A stretch of DNA of 64,000 nt from a virus, in the IMG/VR virus record IMGVR_UViG_3300045988_138996, positions 165,775 to 229,774 of that record; one strand, 5' to 3'. Position 1 is the stretch's first letter. Every line of letters begins with the position of its first letter. The translations under genes were made by a program, and so were the position numbers. This document shows, piece by piece, positions 1-11,200 of this stretch. The notes under the pieces are model-generated. The model saw only the letters and a program-made list of their open reading frames with translations. It was not told the DNA's origin and made no database searches.

Positions 1-2858
1 TATTCGATATGAGAATGCTTCGTAAATATAGCGAAGGTGTTATTTGTACGACGGCATGTGTTGCTAATATCGTAGCTAAAACTTTTAATAAGGGCGATCG
101 ACAATTGGCCGAAACTTTATTAAAAGAATATAAAGATATTTTTAAAGATCGATTTTATTTAGAAGTACAACCTAATAATTTTAACGATCAAGTTAATGTT
201 AATAATTTTTATATGGAAATGCATGACAAATATGATATTCCTTTAATAGCTACTAGCGATGTACATTATGTGCTAAAAACAGATAATAAAGATCATGACG
301 TATTAGTATCTATCGGTACTGGTACTGATATATATAATCCTAATCGAATGAAATATGATCATAACTATTGGCTTAAAAGTGAAGAAGAAATGCAAGCTGG
401 TTTTAAAGATATACTTAATAAAACCGAAACCGATCGTGAAACAGCTTTAAAAAAATATGCTTTATATCTTGAAGCTATGAACAATACACAAGTTATTGCT
501 AACATGATTGAAGACGTGACGTTAGGTAGTTCGACTCCGTTAATGCCAAAGCTTCCTAATTCTAATAATACTAAAAAAGAATTGCGTGAACTTGCTTATA
601 AAGGGTTATATGAATTAGCTAAACGTTATAAATATATTGCTGATGATATTGTTAATTATGAAAAACGATTGGCTTATGAATTAAATATTATTAACTATAA
701 AGATTTCGCTGATTATATGTTAATCGTTCGTGAGTATATTAACTGGGCCGATAATAATGGTGTAATGACTGGGCCTGGTCGTGGATCGGCCTGTGGAAGC
801 CTTGTTTTATGGTGTATTGGAATAACAAAAAATATCGACCCTATCAAGTATGATTTATTATTTGGTCGTTTTTTAACTATTGATAGAACGGGACTTCCTG
901 ACGTAGACGCAGATTTTAGCTATTTTGGTCGTGATAAAGTTATTGAACATATTAAAGATTTATACGGCTTTGAGAATGTAGCACATATTGGTACATATAC
1001 ACAACAAGGTGTTAAATCTGGTTTGAAAGATGTTGGACGTGCTTTAAAAATTCCGTTTGAAAAAATGAATTTATTAAGTAAACAAATTGATGATTTTGAA
1101 GATGTCGTACCACCACAACCTAAGTTTAAAGATTACGATTCCTTAAAAGATGGCAACGAAAGTGAAAAATCTTTATATAAAAAATGGCAAAAATTAGAAT
1201 CTGAAAATAAAGAATTATTCAGATTAGCTCGTAATTTTGAAGGTCTTAAACGTAACTTTGGTGTTCATGCTTCTGGTGTACTAGCTATGCCTTGTCGTGT
1301 CGACGATTATTTCCCGACACGTACTGATGAAAATGGTGTTATGATTACATTATTTACCGGCGTTGAATGTGAAGAATTAGGTACGGCGAAACTCGATATT
1401 CTTGGATTAAAAACATTATCGATTATCGAAAAAACACTCGACCATCTTCATAAAGATGTTGATTGGCTATATGATAATTTTGATATTGAAGATAAAAAAT
1501 TATATCAAATGTTAGCTTGTGCTAAATCAGATTGTATATTTCAATTGGAATCTGATATGTTTAAAGATTATCTTCAAGAAATGAAGCCAACATGTTTCGA
1601 TGATATAGCAGCTACAACAGCGTTGCTCCGACCGGGGCCTTTGTCTGCAGGCATGCATCATCAATATGCAAAACGTAAACAAGGTTTAGAAAAAAATGAA
1701 TTACCGTTGCGAGGTATTGAAAATATTTTAGATAAAACATATGGTGTAATTCCTTATCAAGAAAACGTAATGCAAATATCTAAACAGGTTTCTGGATTCG
1801 ATGATAACCAAGCTGATTCAATTGTGCGCAAGACGGTAGCTAAAAAGAAAGTAAGTATGTTCCCAATGATGATTCGTTGTCATATTTATGGCAAGAAAAA
1901 TTGTGAAGGCCCTGAAGGTTGGGAAAATAATAATGAATTACCGTGGTATGATCCTAAAGGTAAATATGGACCTGAAATTAAAGGTGCTATTGCTAATGGA
2001 TATACAGCTAAAGAAATGAATGACTATTTTGATGCCATTATGGGGTTTGTGGCATACGCTTTCAACAAGAGTCATGCCGTAGCTTATTCATTTACTAGCA
2101 TGTTAACAACATGGTTAAAATTATATTATCCGGTAGAATTCTATTCAGCATTCTTATCGATGCAAGCTACCGAAGATTTATTACGTTACATTCCGATGAT
2201 TAGAAAGGAAGGTATCGATGTCAAAGTTCCGGACATCAATATATCTAATCGGGATTTTACTCCTGATGGAAATAATATCCTATTTGGTCTTGGGTCCATC
2301 AAAGGTGTTGGTGAAGCTTCTATCCCAGCTATTGTAGATAATAGACCATATACTTCATTAGAAGATGTATTAGACAAAATAGGTAAAAAAGCTTTTAATA
2401 AACGTGTTGGTGAAGCATTGATTATGTCGGGTGCTTTTAATAATTATAAGACTAACCGTAATGAGCTGTTAAATGAATTTCATGAAATACGTAAAGATAA
2501 AAAAATCGAGATATTAGATGTCGACAATTTTAACGAAGACGTAATTATGGATTATGAAATGCAATCATTAAGTTGCCCGGTAACATGCACTCCAGAATGG
2601 TTTGATTATGAAGACGGTTACGATGTATTTAAAGTACCGATTAAGATTATGAAGATCGATGAACGCAAAGACCGTAAAGGCAATCTTATGGCATTCTGTG
2701 AAGGCGATGTCGGTGGCGGTGTTACGATCGAACTTATTATTTTTAGTTCGATATATACAGCCAACCTCGGAATTATTCGAGCAGGACATACTGCTTTATT
2801 TGATGGCGAGAAACAATCGAACGCTAAATTAAAAGTTAAAAAAGTAAGCTTGTCTTAA
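1..2858 (+). CDS. dnaE: DNA polymerase III alpha-subunit-like replicative polymerase (DnaE family, phage YorL-like); N-terminus cut by the window edge
   Basis: Frame is open from base 3. DnaE core motifs present: GRGSACGSLV, GLPDVDADF, FGVHASGVLA, AKLDILGLKTLS, LLRPGPL, IPYQENVMQ, FNKSHAVAYS. Confidence 0.9.
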   Translation, partial: FDMRMLRKYSEGVICTTACVANIVAKTFNKGDRQLAETLLKEYKDIFKDRFYLEVQPNNFNDQVNVNNFYMEMHDKYDIPLIATSDVHYVLKTDNKDHDVLVSIGTGTDIYNPNRMKYDHNYWLKSEEEMQAGFKDILNKTETDRETALKKYALYLEAMNNTQVIANMIEDVTLGSSTPLMPKLPNSNNTKKELRELAYKGLYELAKRYKYIADDIVNYEKRLAYELNIINYKDFADYMLIVREYINWADNNGVMTGPGRGSACGSLVLWCIGITKNIDPIKYDLLFGRFLTIDRTGLPDVDADFSYFGRDKVIEHIKDLYGFENVAHIGTYTQQGVKSGLKDVGRALKIPFEKMNLLSKQIDDFEDVVPPQPKFKDYDSLKDGNESEKSLYKKWQKLESENKELFRLARNFEGLKRNFGVHASGVLAMPCRVDDYFPTRTDENGVMITLFTGVECEELGTAKLDILGLKTLSIIEKTLDHLHKDVDWLYDNFDIEDKKLYQMLACAKSDCIFQLESDMFKDYLQEMKPTCFDDIAATTALLRPGPLSAGMHHQYAKRKQGLEKNELPLRGIENILDKTYGVIPYQENVMQISKQVSGFDDNQADSIVRKTVAKKKVSMFPMMIRCHIYGKKNCEGPEGWENNNELPWYDPKGKYGPEIKGAIANGYTAKEMNDYFDAIMGFVAYAFNKSHAVAYSFTSMLTTWLKLYYPVEFYSAFLSMQATEDLLRYIPMIRKEGIDVKVPDINISNRDFTPDGNNILFGLGSIKGVGEASIPAIVDNRPYTSLEDVLDKIGKKAFNKRVGEALIMSGAFNNYKTNRNELLNEFHEIRKDKKIEILDVDNFNEDVIMDYEMQSLSCPVTCTPEWFDYEDGYDVFKVPIKIMKIDERKDRKGNLMAFCEGDVGGGVTIELIIFSSIYTANLGIIRAGHTALFDGEKQSNAKLKVKKVSLS

Positions 2859-2877
2859 TGACAAGCTCTTTTTTTTG
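2847..2877 (+). terminator. Rho-independent terminator after the polymerase gene
   Basis: agcttgtc/gacaagct 8-bp stem, 5-nt loop, then a T8 run. Confidence 0.8.
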
Positions 2878-2940
2878 TTTGTAATATAATTTTGTAAATT
2901 AGATATTTTTTTGTAAAATTAACGAAAAGGACATTTAATT

Positions 2941-3684
2941 ATGGCTGATATAAAAGGTAAAGTTCTTGTCGAGAATGGTACTGGCGGTAAGGATTTATTT
3001 AATCCGAGTACGACAGCCGATCAAGTCGTATTTAGCGACGGTGAAACTCTCGAACAGAAATTTAAAAAATGGATCCCAAAGCATGCGATTCTTTCCGATC
3101 GTTCCGGTAATTCTGACCGAAGCGATTTGAGTGAAGATACTCGTAAGTTTATGGGTCATCCTGTCGAAGATTTTTTATTGCGTGATGAATTGTTGACGAC
3201 ATTAACGAAAGCTGCCGATACAAATTGTTGGAAGCAAAGTGTTAATAGTGTTGCCGATTTATTCACGACATATCCTGATGCAGTATTAGGTGATATTGCT
3301 GCAGTTAACGGTGGCGATACAGCCGGTTCTATTTATCGTTTTAATGGTACTGACTGGGAGATTTTAGTTAGAAATGGAAAAAGTATTTTACCTAATGCTG
3401 TTGTTGATAAAATTAATCAAAGCATTGTTCTTCAGAAAATAGAATTTGGCTCTAATAAATGGGTTAAGAATGGTACCGATGATTATCAACTTATATTAGA
3501 ACTGCCAAATGCTGAAGTTGTTAAAGTCGTAATCTACGACGGACAAATTAAAAAAGCTTCGACAATTACTTCTGAAGTTACAGATTCTCAAGTATTGTTA
3601 CGAAGCGTATATCCTGAACGTGGATATGTTTTATATTATAATACTCAAACAAGTAATGTTATTGAACATGGTGATACTGTATGA
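2941..3684 (+). CDS. Fibre-like structural protein
   Basis: aacgaaaagga leader/SD. N-terminal LFNPSTTADQVVFSDGETLEQKF resembles N-termini of Gram-positive phage fibre/receptor-binding proteins. First gene after a terminator. Confidence 0.5.
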   Translation: MADIKGKVLVENGTGGKDLFNPSTTADQVVFSDGETLEQKFKKWIPKHAILSDRSGNSDRSDLSEDTRKFMGHPVEDFLLRDELLTTLTKAADTNCWKQSVNSVADLFTTYPDAVLGDIAAVNGGDTAGSIYRFNGTDWEILVRNGKSILPNAVVDKINQSIVLQKIEFGSNKWVKNGTDDYQLILELPNAEVVKVVIYDGQIKKASTITSEVTDSQVLLRSVYPERGYVLYYNTQTSNVIEHGDTV

Positions 3685-4478
3685 TTCAAAAATTAATTCA
3701 GCAAATTGGCTTACAAAAAATAAATGCCAAGATTAATGAATTCGATGCTGAAATTAATAGACTTAAAGAAGTATTTGCTAATAAACCGACTCGAGAAAAC
3801 ATTGGTAGTTATATTGAAAATGCTATACGAGATATTCGTAATGCTATTAAGAATGCTAAAGATAATTTAGCGGCTGCCATCGAATTAATAAAAAATAAAA
3901 TTAAATTATATTATACGAAAGATGAAAGCGATGCTTTATTCGACCGGATACAAGACTTAAATAATTTTTTATTAAAAGATCAAAATATTACATTACGTAA
4001 AAATTTAAATATCGGTAAATCTATTGAATTAAATAATACCTCTGGTCCAGTTATTACATTTCCAGACGGTTCTTTAGAAATTCGTCCCGGTGTTTTAAAA
4101 GTAACGAATAATGGTAATAACGTATTTGAAATACGTGATAATGTTGTATATAATAATGGACAAGAAGTCGTTACAGGTATTTCTAGAATTAGTCCAGGTA
4201 ACTGGATTGAACTACCTAATAGTCGTAATTTAGGCGTCGGACAATCTGTATATTATGGCGATGCTGTTAATGACGATGCTAATCAATTATTAATTCTTAT
4301 GAAATATACAGATAGAATTGATAATGATCATATGTATATTGATCATGTATTAATAGAATTGTCGTTAGGTGTTCAACGATATGCTCCAGCATATTGTACT
4401 ATTAATTTAGCAAATAATTATATTAAATTAGAATCGGCCAAATGGAACGGTACAATTCATAAAGTATTTTATCGATAA
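3681..4478 (+). CDS. Fibre-like structural protein (coiled-coil paralog set)
   Basis: ATGA overlap with the upstream stop. Heptad-rich N-terminus, YYTKDESDALF fibre motif, ends KVFYR. Confidence 0.6.
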   Translation: MIQKLIQQIGLQKINAKINEFDAEINRLKEVFANKPTRENIGSYIENAIRDIRNAIKNAKDNLAAAIELIKNKIKLYYTKDESDALFDRIQDLNNFLLKDQNITLRKNLNIGKSIELNNTSGPVITFPDGSLEIRPGVLKVTNNGNNVFEIRDNVVYNNGQEVVTGISRISPGNWIELPNSRNLGVGQSVYYGDAVNDDANQLLILMKYTDRIDNDHMYIDHVLIELSLGVQRYAPAYCTINLANNYIKLESAKWNGTIHKVFYR

Positions 4479-4490
4479 GGAGATATATTC

Positions 4491-5357
4491 ATGGAACGAA
4501 TGAAAGAACGATCTACGTCGGTAAAAGCTACACAAGAAATTAATAAAATTATCGACGAATATAACGTATTAGAACAAGAAAATAATACGAATAATATTAC
4601 GCCTAATGAATTTATTGATAAGTTTAATACTATTAATAGAGAATATAATGCGGCTCGTAAAGAAATTAATACATCGTTAGCCGATGAAAAAGCAAGTTGG
4701 CTAAACAGAATAAAGAATTATTTTACGAAATCAGAAGACGATGGTCGATATTTAAATAGCTCTAATAAAGACAATTTTATATCGAAAGCTACCGATTGGA
4801 TTTTAAACCATACGTTAACAATGGATAATGCTGTTATTAATGCTCGTAAGAGCGATAATATTTTAATGACGATTAATGGCGTTAAACTTATTATGGATGG
4901 TGATTGGCTTAAAATGATCAATCCAGATGGTTCAGAATTATTTGCTAAAAATATTAATGACGGAACAGAACGCGTATTAAATCGTGATCTATTTAAATTA
5001 ATAGAGCGTAAATATATTCCGGCAACTTGGAATATTATTGAAAATAGTCATGTTGAAAATGTAGGTGGTACTGTAGCGTTACCATCTGGTTGGAATGATT
5101 TAATTGTTATCGTCGATAATACGACATCTGATTTTACGTATTATGATAAACAAAATGATCATAAAGTGGCTCCATCATACGTATATATGTGTAGTGCAGA
5201 AGTTCCGATTAAATTCTTTACGCCATATGCTACAGCCGGTTTAGAAGTTACTAAGACTTACGTTATGCTAACAGCAAAAACAGGCTGGGTAGGCGAAGAT
5301 TATGATGGTAACAAGAGTCGTGATTTCGGAAAGATTTTGAAGGTGTTATGGCGATGA
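4491..5357 (+). CDS. Fibre-like structural protein (coiled-coil paralog set)
   Basis: aaggaga SD. Heptad N-terminus, NYFTKSEDDGRY motif, ends KVLWR. Confidence 0.6.
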   Translation: MERMKERSTSVKATQEINKIIDEYNVLEQENNTNNITPNEFIDKFNTINREYNAARKEINTSLADEKASWLNRIKNYFTKSEDDGRYLNSSNKDNFISKATDWILNHTLTMDNAVINARKSDNILMTINGVKLIMDGDWLKMINPDGSELFAKNINDGTERVLNRDLFKLIERKYIPATWNIIENSHVENVGGTVALPSGWNDLIVIVDNTTSDFTYYDKQNDHKVAPSYVYMCSAEVPIKFFTPYATAGLEVTKTYVMLTAKTGWVGEDYDGNKSRDFGKILKVLWR

Positions 5358-6241
5358 TCGAACATTTAAAAAACAAAGTAACGACTTTTTTACAAGTTAA
5401 AAAAATAAACGAGATCATCGACTCTTTAACTCGATTTGATAATATTATTTCAGGTAGTGCTATTCAAGATTTAATTAATCAGTATAATTCTCGTCTCGAA
5501 AACATGAAACATTATCTTAACGATAAAGTTACTGAAAGTATCGATGATCTTAAAAATTTAGTTAATTCAACATTAGCTAATTATTATACTAAAGATGAAT
5601 GTAATAATCGATTTGTTAAGTTAAGCGAAGTTGATGATTTTATTCGCTATAATAATCCAGAAACTAATGGTAAATTAGTTATTAATTCTAATAACAGTCC
5701 TTGTATTAATTTTACACAAGGATCGATTAATACTTTATTTAATATCGATGAGTATTCTATCGAAGCATTTCCATTTGCTATTAAACGTGGTAATAAAACA
5801 TTATTAGAATTTAATGCATATGGTTTAGTGACCAATAAAACTATTATTACGACAAATAACTATCGTAATTATGTTAAACTTCCACAATGGCGTAGTAATC
5901 AAGAAATGAATAAAGATAACTATGATAAATGGAATGAAGCTTATGCTTATAAATATAATGGCGATAATTATCAACCAATATTTATTTTAGTGCGTAATGC
6001 ATTCTTACGTGGCTACAAACCATGGAACGATCCTAACGATGGTCCAGAAACAAATATGTCTGTATCATTCTTAAATTATTATGCTTGGGATAAAAACCAT
6101 ACAATTATTCAACGTTTAGAACTTAATCCATATGATTATAAATTCTATACGAATGAAATTTGGCGTCAACGTCGTAAACATCATAGTAGCTATAATCATC
6201 ATTGGGATGCATTAGGAGGTTATAATATACAATGGCGTTAG
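5348..6241 (+). CDS. Fibre-like structural protein (coiled-coil paralog set)
   Basis: ATGGCG start is embedded in the upstream Trp-Arg-stop codons. ANYYTKDECNNRF motif, ends NIQWR. Confidence 0.6.
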   Translation: MAMIEHLKNKVTTFLQVKKINEIIDSLTRFDNIISGSAIQDLINQYNSRLENMKHYLNDKVTESIDDLKNLVNSTLANYYTKDECNNRFVKLSEVDDFIRYNNPETNGKLVINSNNSPCINFTQGSINTLFNIDEYSIEAFPFAIKRGNKTLLEFNAYGLVTNKTIITTNNYRNYVKLPQWRSNQEMNKDNYDKWNEAYAYKYNGDNYQPIFILVRNAFLRGYKPWNDPNDGPETNMSVSFLNYYAWDKNHTIIQRLELNPYDYKFYTNEIWRQRRKHHSSYNHHWDALGGYNIQWR

Positions 6242-6747
6242 ATCTTAATACATTAAAAAATAACCTCAACGACTTAATTAATAGAATTAATAATTTAGAA
6301 TCTTCGGCTATTCATATCGATGGATATTTAACATCACTTGACATTAATCAAACGGCATATTCTATTAACGAGACTATTAAAGATTTAGATGTCGATACGA
6401 TTATTATCGATGGCAATATATATATCGGTGATAATAGTATTAATAATACATCTATTAAAATTGATAAACATGATTTAGTATTTAATGATAGATTAGTATA
6501 TGACAATAAAATATTAAAGTACGACAGTGATATGTTATTGCCTAAGTTTAAAGAATATACTGGCGACTTGGTTAAAGGCGAATATTATATCGTTATTCAA
6601 GGTATTGTTAATAAGCCATATCTTATTAATTATTGCGGCAAAGATTTTATTTGCGATGATTTTAAAATCGAAAACAATAAAATTATATGTGACAAATCGT
6701 ATACAATAAGAAAGCGAGGTAACGCTAATGATTCAAACATTAAATAA
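6232..6747 (+). CDS. Fibre-like structural protein (coiled-coil N-terminus)
   Basis: ATGGCG start is embedded in the upstream Trp-Arg-stop codons. N-terminal LNDLINRINNLE heptads. Confidence 0.55.
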   Translation: MALDLNTLKNNLNDLINRINNLESSAIHIDGYLTSLDINQTAYSINETIKDLDVDTIIIDGNIYIGDNSINNTSIKIDKHDLVFNDRLVYDNKILKYDSDMLLPKFKEYTGDLVKGEYYIVIQGIVNKPYLINYCGKDFICDDFKIENNKIICDKSYTIRKRGNANDSNIK

Positions 6748-7255
6748 AGATAACGTTACCTTAACTGATATTCAAAATAAAATATCTGAAATCCAAGATT
6801 ATCTTACTGAATCTAAAAATACTATTATTAATGAAGTCGTCGATTTTTCATTAATGAATTATAAGTTTCAAGATAATTATTATAAGAAGAATGTATCGTC
6901 TGATTATAACATTGATACAGTATCTGTTAAGAATATTAATGGCAATATGGTTATTGACGATAATAAACTTATGATAGGCGGCAATATTCTTTCTGGCAAT
7001 TCTTATAATAATAAAGAATTAATGATAGCTGGCGGCAATTCTTATCGTTGGAATACATTAATATATAATGATTCGGCTATTAATTTAAATGGCGCTATCG
7101 AATTATTATTAGTATTAAAACAAGGAACGGATATAATTACGTATTTTGTATTAAATGAAGATGGTCGATATTCTGTAAATGGAATCGACTTCGAAATTCT
7201 TGACGATATGCTGTTTATCAATCATTCTAATTTAGTTGCTATCTATTATCGTTAG
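6728..7255 (+). CDS. Fibre-like structural protein (coiled-coil paralog set)
   Basis: Overlaps the upstream gene end. Heptad N-terminus, ends AIYYR. Confidence 0.55.
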   Translation: MIQTLNKDNVTLTDIQNKISEIQDYLTESKNTIINEVVDFSLMNYKFQDNYYKKNVSSDYNIDTVSVKNINGNMVIDDNKLMIGGNILSGNSYNNKELMIAGGNSYRWNTLIYNDSAINLNGAIELLLVLKQGTDIITYFVLNEDGRYSVNGIDFEILDDMLFINHSNLVAIYYR

Positions 7256-7268
7256 AGGTATATAATCT

Positions 7269-7829
7269 GTGGAAAATTTATCATTAGATGCGTTAAACGA
7301 AACGATTATGAATTTGTCTCATGATGTTAATAACATTATGGCGAAATCAGAAGAAAAAGTTTCGGAATATCTAAGAACTAACGGCGTTACGAGTGGTAAT
7401 ATAACATCAGAGTACATCCTTAAAAATAATAAGATCGATACATTAAATGTTAAAAATTTATTTGTAAAAGATTTGCAAATAGGCGGTAAATCTTTTATTC
7501 AAAACAATGTTATTACTTATGGTAATAATACGTTGGAATTAAGTAACATTTTATTATCAAATAATAAGCAGGTGCTGTTTTCTGACGACACCTGCTTTAC
7601 TTCTTGTTACGATGGAATTTACTCTGTATATTTATTGGAAGGTAAGACTGAAATTATCGTATCGGCTATGTATGATAATAAAAATATAGGCGATATTATC
7701 ATACCGGTATCGTTATTAAAAGAAGGCGAAAATGCTTTTAAAGGCATTACTATTATTAAAAATAATGACGAATGCTCTATTACTCCGAACGAAAATAAGC
7801 TTACTTTTACTAATGTTATTATGAGGTAA
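7269..7829 (+). CDS. Fibre-like structural protein (coiled-coil paralog set)
   Basis: GTG start after a gagg SD. Heptad N-terminus, ends NVIMR. Confidence 0.5.
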   Translation: MENLSLDALNETIMNLSHDVNNIMAKSEEKVSEYLRTNGVTSGNITSEYILKNNKIDTLNVKNLFVKDLQIGGKSFIQNNVITYGNNTLELSNILLSNNKQVLFSDDTCFTSCYDGIYSVYLLEGKTEIIVSAMYDNKNIGDIIIPVSLLKEGENAFKGITIIKNNDECSITPNENKLTFTNVIMR

Positions 7830-7834
7830 CGCTA

Positions 7835-8254
7835 ATGAAGCAATTTATCGAACAAGCTTCATTAAACGAAACAAGTATTAAGTATCTTGTTTACAAATTA
7901 AACGAAGTAATTCGTGTCGTTAATAATAAACCCGATATTCATGATTTAGAATATTGGACCGATACGATTAAACAATTTGAACAAGACGGTACGATTAATA
8001 CTTATACCGATCTTCTTGAAGCTTTAAAAAAGAAACCAGATTTTAATCAGGTTAGAGATACGGTACGAGATGAGTTAATTAAATATGTCGATCAAGTTAA
8101 TCAACGTATTTATCAACCGACTCTCGATCAACTGTTACGAGTAATCGGCGATGGTTTGCAAGAATATATCAAACAAAACGTCGACGGTTATTTAAATAAA
8201 GCAACGAACGATTTGCGTAATCGTTTGTCTACCGAAATTATTCATTGGAATTAA
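7835..8254 (+). CDS. Helical structural/assembly protein, function unknown
   Basis: Starts 5 nt after the upstream stop. 139-aa, predicted helical composition. Confidence 0.5.
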   Translation: MKQFIEQASLNETSIKYLVYKLNEVIRVVNNKPDIHDLEYWTDTIKQFEQDGTINTYTDLLEALKKKPDFNQVRDTVRDELIKYVDQVNQRIYQPTLDQLLRVIGDGLQEYIKQNVDGYLNKATNDLRNRLSTEIIHWN

Positions 8255-8266
8255 GGAGATTTTTGA

Positions 8267-11200
8267 ATGTCTAAAAAAATTGTTACTCGTGCATACTTCG
8301 GTCTTTATAATCCAGCTCGCAAAGGTTTGACTATTGATACAGATAATAATAATACTGGTAGTCAACCAGCTGTCTATAATAAAGCTGTCGAAAACGTAAC
8401 AAAACAAGCAGCAGAAAACAAAGCAACATCTGCTGCCAACAAAGCGTTAGCCGAAGCTAACCAAGCTGCTGTAGCTAAAGTAGCTGCCGATCTTGCTGCT
8501 AAACAAGCACAAGACGTTATTACATTCTTGAGCAAAGTCGAAGCTGCTGCTCAATATCAACCTAAAGGTGAATATATCACCGATGCTAAAGTAGCTGAAA
8601 AAATTACTGAAGCTCAAGGTAAAGCCGACGAAGCTGCTGCTGCTAAATTTGCGACTAAAGCAGAACTCGAAACAGCTACAGGTGGCGTATCTGCTCAAGA
8701 TCTTAAAACATTAAAAGACGCGATCGATCTTTTAAAAGATAACCCAGATAGCATTGCTGAAATTGCTAAGAAAGCTGATAAAGATAAAGTATACGATAAA
8801 GATGCTATCGATAAGTTAATTAAAAAACTTAACGATAAAGATACTGATCTTGAAAAAGCTATTGCTAAAGCAGCTACTGCCGATGACGTAGTCAAAGCAG
8901 CTGAACTTACTGAAAAAGTTAAAGCTATTGTCGATTTAACTCCGTTTGCTAAAGCTACTGAAGTTGAAGCTACATATGCTAAAAAATCTGATTTGGCCGA
9001 TAAAGCCGATAAAGCTGTTATCGAAACTGAACTTGCTAAAAAAGCTAATGCTAGCGATTTGACTCCGCTTGCTACAAAAGAAGAAGTGGCGGCGAAAGCC
9101 GATGTTACAGCTCTTGCTACAAAAGCTGATCAAACAGCACTTGATAATCTTAAAGCTGAAGCTGATGCAAATAAAGCTGCTGTTACTGCTGAAGTTGCTG
9201 CTCGTAAATCTGCCGATACACTAAACGATGCTAAAGTACAAGGTATTGCTGACGATGTATCTAAAATTAAAATTGATGCGGCTCAAGCTAAAGTAGAAAA
9301 TGAAAAAGCATTAAGCCGCAAGGCGGATCAAGAAGCAGTTAATACAGCATTAGCAGAAAAAGCGACAAAAGCAGAAGCTGCTGAAGCTAAACAAGCTGCT
9401 GTTGATGCTGCAAAAGAAGCTGCTAAAGCTAATACTGCATTAGAAGGCAAAGCTGATGCAACAGCTCTTGAACCATTGGCAACTAAAGAAGCTTTGAAAG
9501 CTGCTAAAGATGAATTAATTCAAGCTGTCGAAGCTGCTAAGACTGTTGCTGAAGAAGCTAAAGCCGAAGCTAAAACCGGTGAAGCTGTGACTGAAGCTAA
9601 AGAAAAAGCTACTGCTGCCGATGCTAAAGCTAAAGAAGTTGAAGCTGCTCTTGTTAATTATGTAACTAAAGCAGTTGCCGATGAAACATATCAACCTAAA
9701 GGTGAATATGCAACTAAAGCTGAAGTACAAGCTATCGGTTCTTTAGATCCTACTACGTTGCAATCTCTTAAAGATTTAGCTCAACAATTAGCTGGTCAAG
9801 CTGATTTGACTACTGTACTTGATAAGTTAAATAAAGTATTCACTAAAGACGAAGTTAACGAAAAACTTGCGGCAAAAGCCGATGTAACTGCTCTTGAAGA
9901 ATACGCAGAGAAAAACGACGTTATATCTAAACTTAAAGACAAAGCTGATAAAGTACAAGTAGCCGAAGATATCGAAGCTGCTAAAGCTGTTGCCGATGCT
10001 GCTGTTCGTGAAGTAAATACAACTGCTCAACAAGCTAAAGCTAAAGCTACTGAAAATGCTACAGGTCTTGAAGAAGCAAAAACTAAAGTCGAAAAAGCAA
10101 TTGAAGATCTTGGTAAATTAACGACTAAAGTTAATGACCTTGCTCTTAACGGTGGTGCTGGCGGCAGTCTTGACGCACAAGCTGTAGCCGATAAAGTTAA
10201 AGAAGTTGTCGATGCTATCGTAGCTCAAGAAAAATATGTAGGCGAAACTAAGCTTAACGAAAAACTTGCTGACAAAGCTGACGTAAGTGCATTGACCGCA
10301 GTTCAAGTTAAAGCTGATAAAAACGCTTCTGATTTATTAGCTAAAGCCGATGTAAGTGCTCTTGCTGATAAAGCTGATAAAACTGTATTTGAAGCTAAAG
10401 CAACTGAACTCGATACAAAATTAAATACTCTCGAAACAGCTACTGTTCCTAATTTAATCGATACTAAACTTACAGCTAAACTTGCTGGTTATCAAGAAAA
10501 AGGCGAATATGTAACTAAAGAAGCTGCTGATCGTGATTATCAACCAAAAGGTGAATACGCTACAGCTGCTGCTTTAGAAGAAGTTAAAACTAAAGCTAAT
10601 GCTAATGAAGCTTTGATTAACGGCCTCGATAAAGATACTTTGGTGCATACTACCGATCTTGATACATATGCTAAAGCTGCTAAAGTAACAGAAGATATTT
10701 CTGCTGCCGTTGCCGGTCTTGGCGATGTATATGTAGCTAAAGCTGATGCTGATGTGTTTGCCAAGAAAGCTGATGTAACGACTGAAATCGGTGCAAAAGC
10801 TACCGAAATTAAAAAATATGCTGACGACACATTTGCTACTAAACAACAATTAGATAATGCAACTATTGCTGCTGGTGGTTCTGGTTTGACTCAAACTCAA
10901 GTCGAAGGTATTGTCGACAATAAATTAGGCGCTCTTAAAGATGCCGTTCAAACTATCGCTAATATCCAATCTGGTGTTAACGACAATAAATCTTCTGTCG
11001 AATCTATTCTTGCTGAATTGGCTAAGAAAGCTACTAAAGACGAATTAGCTGGTAAAGTTGCAACTACTGATTTCGAAGACGCAAAACAAACTCTTAATAC
11101 AGCAATCACAGCTCAAGAAAATGCATTAGCTGCTGCTAAGACTGCATTAGAAAAAGCTATTAACGATAAGTCTGAAGAAGCTGCTGCTGCTTATCAAACT

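Noticed and set aside
8447-10849. Nine minus-strand ORFs (62-96 aa) inside the giant fibre gene, including 8447-8698, 8695-8895, 8936-9133, 9515-9730, 9827-10033, 10118-10306, 10540-10830 and 10574-10849
   Set aside because: They are Ser/Phe/Leu-rich mirror-frame artefacts of GCT/AAA/GAA-rich repetitive coding on the + strand. They have no ribosome-binding sites and lie wholly within a long, well-supported + strand CDS.
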